This document shows positions 58,745-64,000 of a stretch of DNA of 64,000 bases, piece after piece. Origin of the DNA: Rhynchopus sp. YZ270_cl-10 (taxonomy: Eukaryota); NCBI GenBank assembly GCA_964035575.1, contig OZ037848.1, forward strand, positions 1-64,000. Direction: 5' to 3'. The notes beneath the pieces were generated by a model. That model searched no databases. It saw nothing but the letters and a program-made list of their open reading frames with translations, and was not told where the DNA came from. Both the position numbers and the translations under genes were made by a program. The first letter of the stretch is position 1, and each line of letters begins with the position of its first letter.

Positions 58745-59084
58745 AGGGGCCCCCCGAATAAGTTCTTTATTTGGGGGGTGTTTGCTCGAAGAATAAAAGA
58801 AGTTATTTGGAATCGAAGTTATTTGGGGGGGGAAGTTATTTGGGCAAACACCGTACCATAAATTTTTTTCGCCTGCGGCGCCATTATATATTGCTTTTTT
58901 TTGCTCCGCAAAAAAAAAAATACACAGTACCCTATCAGTTTGGGGGAAATTTTGAAAAATAAAAAAGGAAGTGGGAGGGGGCGAAGTTATTCGGTAACTT
59001 TTTCGGCACCTAAAATCTGGAAAAAAAAGAAGTTATTTGGGAAAATACCTATTATTTGGGGGGGAACTTATTCGGGGGGCCCCT
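58745..59084. mobile_element. MITE, ~340 bp, Kolobok-like (AGGGG…CCCCT termini, TTAA-type target site)
   Basis: Perfect 24-bp IR TAAAGGGGCCCCCCGAATAAGTTC (58742-58765) / GAACTTATTCGGGGGGCCCCTTTA (59064-59087); flanks ATAA and TTAA; internal AAGTTATTTGG repeats. Confidence 0.8.
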
Positions 59085-60611
59085 TTAAAAATTGTCTACA
59101 AACCCGAACCAGAACGCAATAACTGGTTTGCGAAGCGTGAGTCGATGAAGGCGCACTGTTTACGTCGTGGGGCATGAAGACGCCGCATGCTGATGAGAGA
59201 ACGTTTGGGAAACCTCATCTAAACATCCCTCGTCATCCCTGACCAGTCATGGCACAGGCAGGGACAGAATGATGAGTGGATTTCCACGATTCATGACTTG
59301 CGACGTTCCTTTATCCTTACCGCAAGAAAGAGGCATAGTCAGTCACCACAAAGATACGAACAGAGAAAGACATCGCGTCTTGCTTTTTGAAATGAAAAGA
59401 GTCAATAATTGCACGTCAATAAAAGAAAAACTTACATTCAGAAACCCAACGTCAAGTTTCCTAGTCCAGATTGCAAATGACCTAGATTGCAAATACACAC
59501 ATTGTTGACTCAGCTCGAGGCTCAGTGAGTAGGTCTCCGCAAGATAAAGGTATGAGTTCCTAAAGGCGTTCAGAGAGTTCTCTTAGGGGGGAAACTGAAA
59601 GAAAAATATTTTTTGGGAAGAAAATTGCCTCGTTCCCCCCGGTAAGATAACGCCATGCAAATAACGATATGCGTCGGTGTTCTCATCACAAAAAGGAGGA
59701 AAAAGAAAAAAAATGCGAATAGAAGAGTGTAGCTCATCCTCGGGTTACAACCAAGTTTAAAAAAAAACACCCCCCAGAATGAAATGACACTGCCAAGAAC
59801 AACAGTTTCCCAGACTGTTTCAAGAACACCGCAAACCCACCACTGTGACAAGGCCACATGTTCCCCGTCGCAATGTTCCACACACACTCTCTCCTTTCGC
59901 CAGCGTAGTCGCAACAAACTACATGGGATCCATCTGGGCACACGGCCGCAGCAGCATCACCATTTTTATTTGTTGCTTCAACTACCTGAGTGTGCCTGTC
60001 AAGTATGAAAAGATCGCAGTGGAAATGGTTAAGTTTCCATTCTTCGGAGTCAGAAACATTGTGTTCGACCGCGACCGTTTTGCACTACAGTGCCGCTCCA
60101 AGTCAGGTCAGTCGCTGGGAATATCTGCTTCCTGACAGCACTCAGAAGTGGGGAAAAAAGGTAAATAATACAGTAACTGGCTTCAAGATATGGTATAATA
60201 AGGTAACAAAGAAAACACGGGGTTTCGTTTGTCTGCAAGCTGTTTAACATGCAGACGCGCACCATCCGTTTCTATTCTTTGTCGAGAGCTATGAAAAAAA
60301 CCCCACATTTTTTTTGTGCATGATGGGGGTGCAGTGGCACACATTGCTTCATGATTTCTCTTTTTTGTTCAATACAACTTTATTGCAGTTGTTTCAAATC
60401 GGGACAACGCCATCTTGGTTCTTTCTTTGAAAAACAGGGGCCAAAGGGGACCCCCAGAGCGTGCAGCGTGTACCTCCACACTGTGACAGCTGGAGGTACA
60501 CGCCCGCTCCCTAATGAGCCAACACTCCAGCATCCTCCTTTCCCGCTACCCCGTTAGCTTAAGTTTTTGACCCCACTTCCCCCGAACCCCCACCCCCACC
60601 CCCACCCCCCA

Positions 60612-62714
60612 CTAGTCCAACGACTCCTCACACACGACGTAGACCCCAACCCTCAGAGGGTGTGGCGCGAGAAGGCTCTCCACCGCCGCAGTGCACGTCT
60701 GCGTGAGGTAGTTCGTGAGGGTGTCTGCCTCAGCGACGAAGAGGGACACATCCTCACGCACAGCCTCCGCACAGAGCGCGACACTGCGCTGCACAGGCGG
60801 TCCAAGCACTGTCACGAAGCGCTGCAAACGTGAACCCACAGTGCCGTACTGCACAAAACCCGAGCACAGCCCCACAAGCGCCACGTTGCGCACCCTCTGC
60901 GCAAAGCGCACCGCGTTCTCAAGATGTGCAGAAGTTGACCACGTCAGGTTCCACCCGACACTGACGCCACTCCCCAGCATCGACACCACCACGCCACCAC
61001 TCTGCACCAACGCAGCGCGCATCTGCGACAGCTTCAGCGTCACGTTCTGCAGTGTGCAATCCTCGCCAGGAAGTCCAGCAAGCTCAACCATCCCCACCGT
61101 CGCCGTCACGTCCACCGTGTCCACCATCGTGTGCACCAACCCCCGTTCAATCGAAACCGATGTGATCCTGCTCATCTCCGACAACCCGCGACTCGTACTT
61201 GCATTGAGCTGCAGTGCACTCTGCATGCGCCCTGCCAGCGACGCAGGCCAGAGATGGCACACCGACGTGCCCCCCGACACACCTTTGAGGTCAAGGTTTT
61301 GGTACTCCCGCACGGTTTCGATGTCGAGATCATGTTCAGCATCCTCCATGAGCTCTGTACGCACTGCGACGGCACCTGGCGCACAGCTGCTCTCCAAACG
61401 CGCTGCAAGGTTCACGGTATGCCCAAAGTAGTCCGCACGTCCAGTCAGAACGTTCTGCTCCAGCGCAACCGGCCCGGTGTTGATCCCAATGCGCACAGTC
61501 AAGCCACCCCAGAGGCCCTGCTTTGCACAGATCGGCACCTCGTCCAGCAAGGTCTCCGGCCATTCCGCTTCGAACAGTGCCTCCTGAACACGCAACGCAA
61601 AGCCAAGCGCAGATGAGGTGCTGTGGAAGGCTATCATGAAGGCGTCGCCGATGGTCTTGACCTCGTAGCCGTTGTGACGTCGGAGGAGGTCGCGGATGAG
61701 CGTGTTGTGCGTGCTGAGGGCGGCAAGCATTGCGTCGGGCACAGCCTCCCAGATCGACGTTGACGAGCAGATGTCTGTGAACACCAGCGTGGTGGTGGGC
61801 GCACCGTTGGAACCAGGTGCATCTTGCACTTCTTCGCTGACCCCTTTACGCGGCTGTTCAACGACTTCGAAGAGCGCAGCTGGGAGGTACGACCGGTACT
61901 GTCTGAGGTTCTCCTCCATGCGTGCTAGGGTTTCGTGCATCTCCACGGGCAGCTCCGTGCGTTTCGTGTAGAGCACCCTTGCCACGCCGTCAACGTCGTA
62001 GCCCGCAAGCAGACGTGTCACTTCTTGGACGGTTTCGATGGTGCGCTGCATTGCCTTCTGCTCCTCAAGGACCTGACGTGCGAAGCTTCTTGTTGCCAGG
62101 AAGTCCAGAACAAAGGTGGCTGCGGCGATGAGAAACCCTTCCCAGGTTTCAGTCAACCCAAGGGCGCAGGGAGGTTTGTCACAGTCAGTCAACTTTGCAT
62201 AGTATTTGTCACGGCTGCTTTGGGAGATGAGGCCCGGCATGTCGAAGATGCCAAAACGATAGGACGCCTCAGCAGTCATGAGGAAAAGCCACGCAAGGAA
62301 AGCAAGCACGAACAACGTGGTCGTGCTGTGGTCGATGCGGAGCACCAGAAGCAGGTCCACCATCAGGACGAAGAGTGGCCAGGCTGCGTTGCCGGTCCCT
62401 CGCGTGTGCAGGTCGCTCAGGGCAAAGGCGACGCTGAGCGAGGAGATGATGGTGACAAGGAAAGTATCGCTCAAGCGCTGCTTGCACATAATACGCACGA
62501 CAACGAAAAGCGACAGAAGCGACGTTGTCAACGTTATCCCCCGCGCCACCCAGGTCCCTGACATCTCAATCTGCGCCAGCTGCATCGGCAATAAAAAAGA
62601 CAGCAGCACCCCGCACCCACACGTCACGAAGAGCACACGCCGGTCACGCACTTCACACACAGGGGCGAGGCCATCTCGGGTCAATCCACGTTCCACATAC
62701 TCTCGGATACGCAT
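60612..62714 (-). CDS. Membrane-bound class III adenylate cyclase with a second, degenerate cyclase-like domain
   Basis: ~6 N-terminal TM helices; TLVFTDICSSTSIWE, GYEVKTIGDAFMIAF, VRIGINTG, DYFGHTVNLAARLES (Lys/Asp for ATP specificity), LKG. The C-terminal domain lacks the metal-binding Asp residues. Confidence 0.92.
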   Translation of the reverse strand: MRIREYVERGLTRDGLAPVCEVRDRRVLFVTCGCGVLLSFLLPMQLAQIEMSGTWVARGITLTTSLLSLFVVVRIMCKQRLSDTFLVTIISSLSVAFALSDLHTRGTGNAAWPLFVLMVDLLLVLRIDHSTTTLFVLAFLAWLFLMTAEASYRFGIFDMPGLISQSSRDKYYAKLTDCDKPPCALGLTETWEGFLIAAATFVLDFLATRSFARQVLEEQKAMQRTIETVQEVTRLLAGYDVDGVARVLYTKRTELPVEMHETLARMEENLRQYRSYLPAALFEVVEQPRKGVSEEVQDAPGSNGAPTTTLVFTDICSSTSIWEAVPDAMLAALSTHNTLIRDLLRRHNGYEVKTIGDAFMIAFHSTSSALGFALRVQEALFEAEWPETLLDEVPICAKQGLWGGLTVRIGINTGPVALEQNVLTGRADYFGHTVNLAARLESSCAPGAVAVRTELMEDAEHDLDIETVREYQNLDLKGVSGGTSVCHLWPASLAGRMQSALQLNASTSRGLSEMSRITSVSIERGLVHTMVDTVDVTATVGMVELAGLPGEDCTLQNVTLKLSQMRAALVQSGGVVVSMLGSGVSVGWNLTWSTSAHLENAVRFAQRVRNVALVGLCSGFVQYGTVGSRLQRFVTVLGPPVQRSVALCAEAVREDVSLFVAEADTLTNYLTQTCTAAVESLLAPHPLRVGVYVVCEESLD

Positions 62715-64000
62715 TAGAAAGAATCAAAGGGAAGTGTGTATCAGTGTTCACAAAACTTTGGTACTTCTACGGGATATGTTCCCGACAGTGCGCTATCTGT
62801 TTGAGGCTGTGTAGTTCTTTAGGAAATACAACTGCGGGGAGCTGGGGTGACAACATATGGTTCCTTTATAAGAGTCAAAACTGAAAAAGGATTTCTTTTT
62901 ACTTCTTTGAATTCGTTTTTTAAAACAACAGAAAAAAAAGGGGGTGAAGGGGGAAGGGGAAGGGGAGGGGTATGAACAGAAGGGGGGAAACACCGTACCC
63001 CCTTCTCCCCCCCCGGGAACATAACAACAGAAAAACTTCACAACTGCAGAAAAGGAAGTTGATCTCCGAGGGGTTGTGGACTGCATTTGTGTGTCGTTTA
63101 CAGGGGGAAATATACTGGCGGGCACAGTTATTTATCCGGCCTGTTTTTAAGGATTGGGGGGGTGATCACATTTTTTTTTAATGGGTGCTTGGCAAGTCCT
63201 TGACAGGGGCCCACGGTATACTTATTTTTTTTGAGAAAGAAAAAAAACAGTATATTACAGACACAAATGGGTCTCACACAAGGAGAGACAATTTTGTGGT
63301 GATTTTTTTTTGGTCTTTGCGTTTCTTTTTCTCTGGAAAAAAAACTGAAAATGATTTTCTTTTAAAACTTGTTTGACAGGGTAAAATCCGCAAAACCCAT
63401 TTTTGAATCCCTGAGCAGAACATGGAAAAAAAAAAAACAATTTCGAAAAAAGAGAAAAAGAGAAATGCGAAATGGAATAAGTGCAATGTCTTGAGACAGC
63501 GGCACCAGGGCGGAGGGGAAGGGAAAATAACGAATAATTGACAAACCGAATTTTGACTGAAAAAATTTTGGGAAAAGAGAGAGGGTTAAGTTAAGAGAAG
63601 GAACCCACAGGGCACTGGGTGGCTGAAACAGCACACCATCGAATCTCTCTTGGATTTTGTTATGTTGCGTCGACAATCCCACACCAAGATGGGTTATGTT
63701 CTTCAAAGCCACCCAAAAAGATTTCGATACTTTTGTATTGTCGACAATCACACCAACTGGGTAATCTGTACTCAGTATCGGCAGAAGCCTGCAGAAAGGC
63801 ACATACTTTAAAATACTTTGTTAGAAACGTGCATCCATGCAAGCAGTCCACACATCATGTTGTTAGAGTACCACCTCTTTTAGTTGTGCGCTTAGTCATT
63901 TAAAAAAAGATGAATGCACCTGGTACATACACCAAAAATAAAACTAGAAACAGTATTTCATGTACCTACCCTCCCCCGTGCATAAGTCCGACCCTCATTA

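Overview
Eukaryotic protist DNA, most consistent with a euglenozoan (diplonemid-like) genome. This is inferred from the one-strand gene cluster, short GT-AG introns with GTATG donors, a trypanosome/fungal-type membrane adenylate cyclase and a eukaryote-type AspRS with a presequence. Bases 1-~12 kb are repeat-dominated: a ~7 kb (TTTGCGGG)n array, CAG/CAA arrays, 20-mer and 13-mer satellites and duplicated spacer segments. From 12 to 63 kb there are about 15 protein-coding genes, all on the minus strand: AspRS, DeSI/PPPDE peptidase, SUMF1/FGE, an Abraxas-like MPN protein, two ankyrin proteins, cytochrome b5 reductase, an adenylate cyclase and several hypotheticals. Intergenic DNA contains non-autonomous TIR transposons. 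The most unusual item is an intronless 827-aa protein built from ~7 apparently catalytically dead GIY-YIG repeats plus one intact C-terminal GIY-YIG nuclease, followed by copies of a ~50-bp hairpin/poly(A) element. A stand-alone F-box + dynein microtubule-binding-domain gene is also notable. All domain calls are by eye from motifs; no searches were run.
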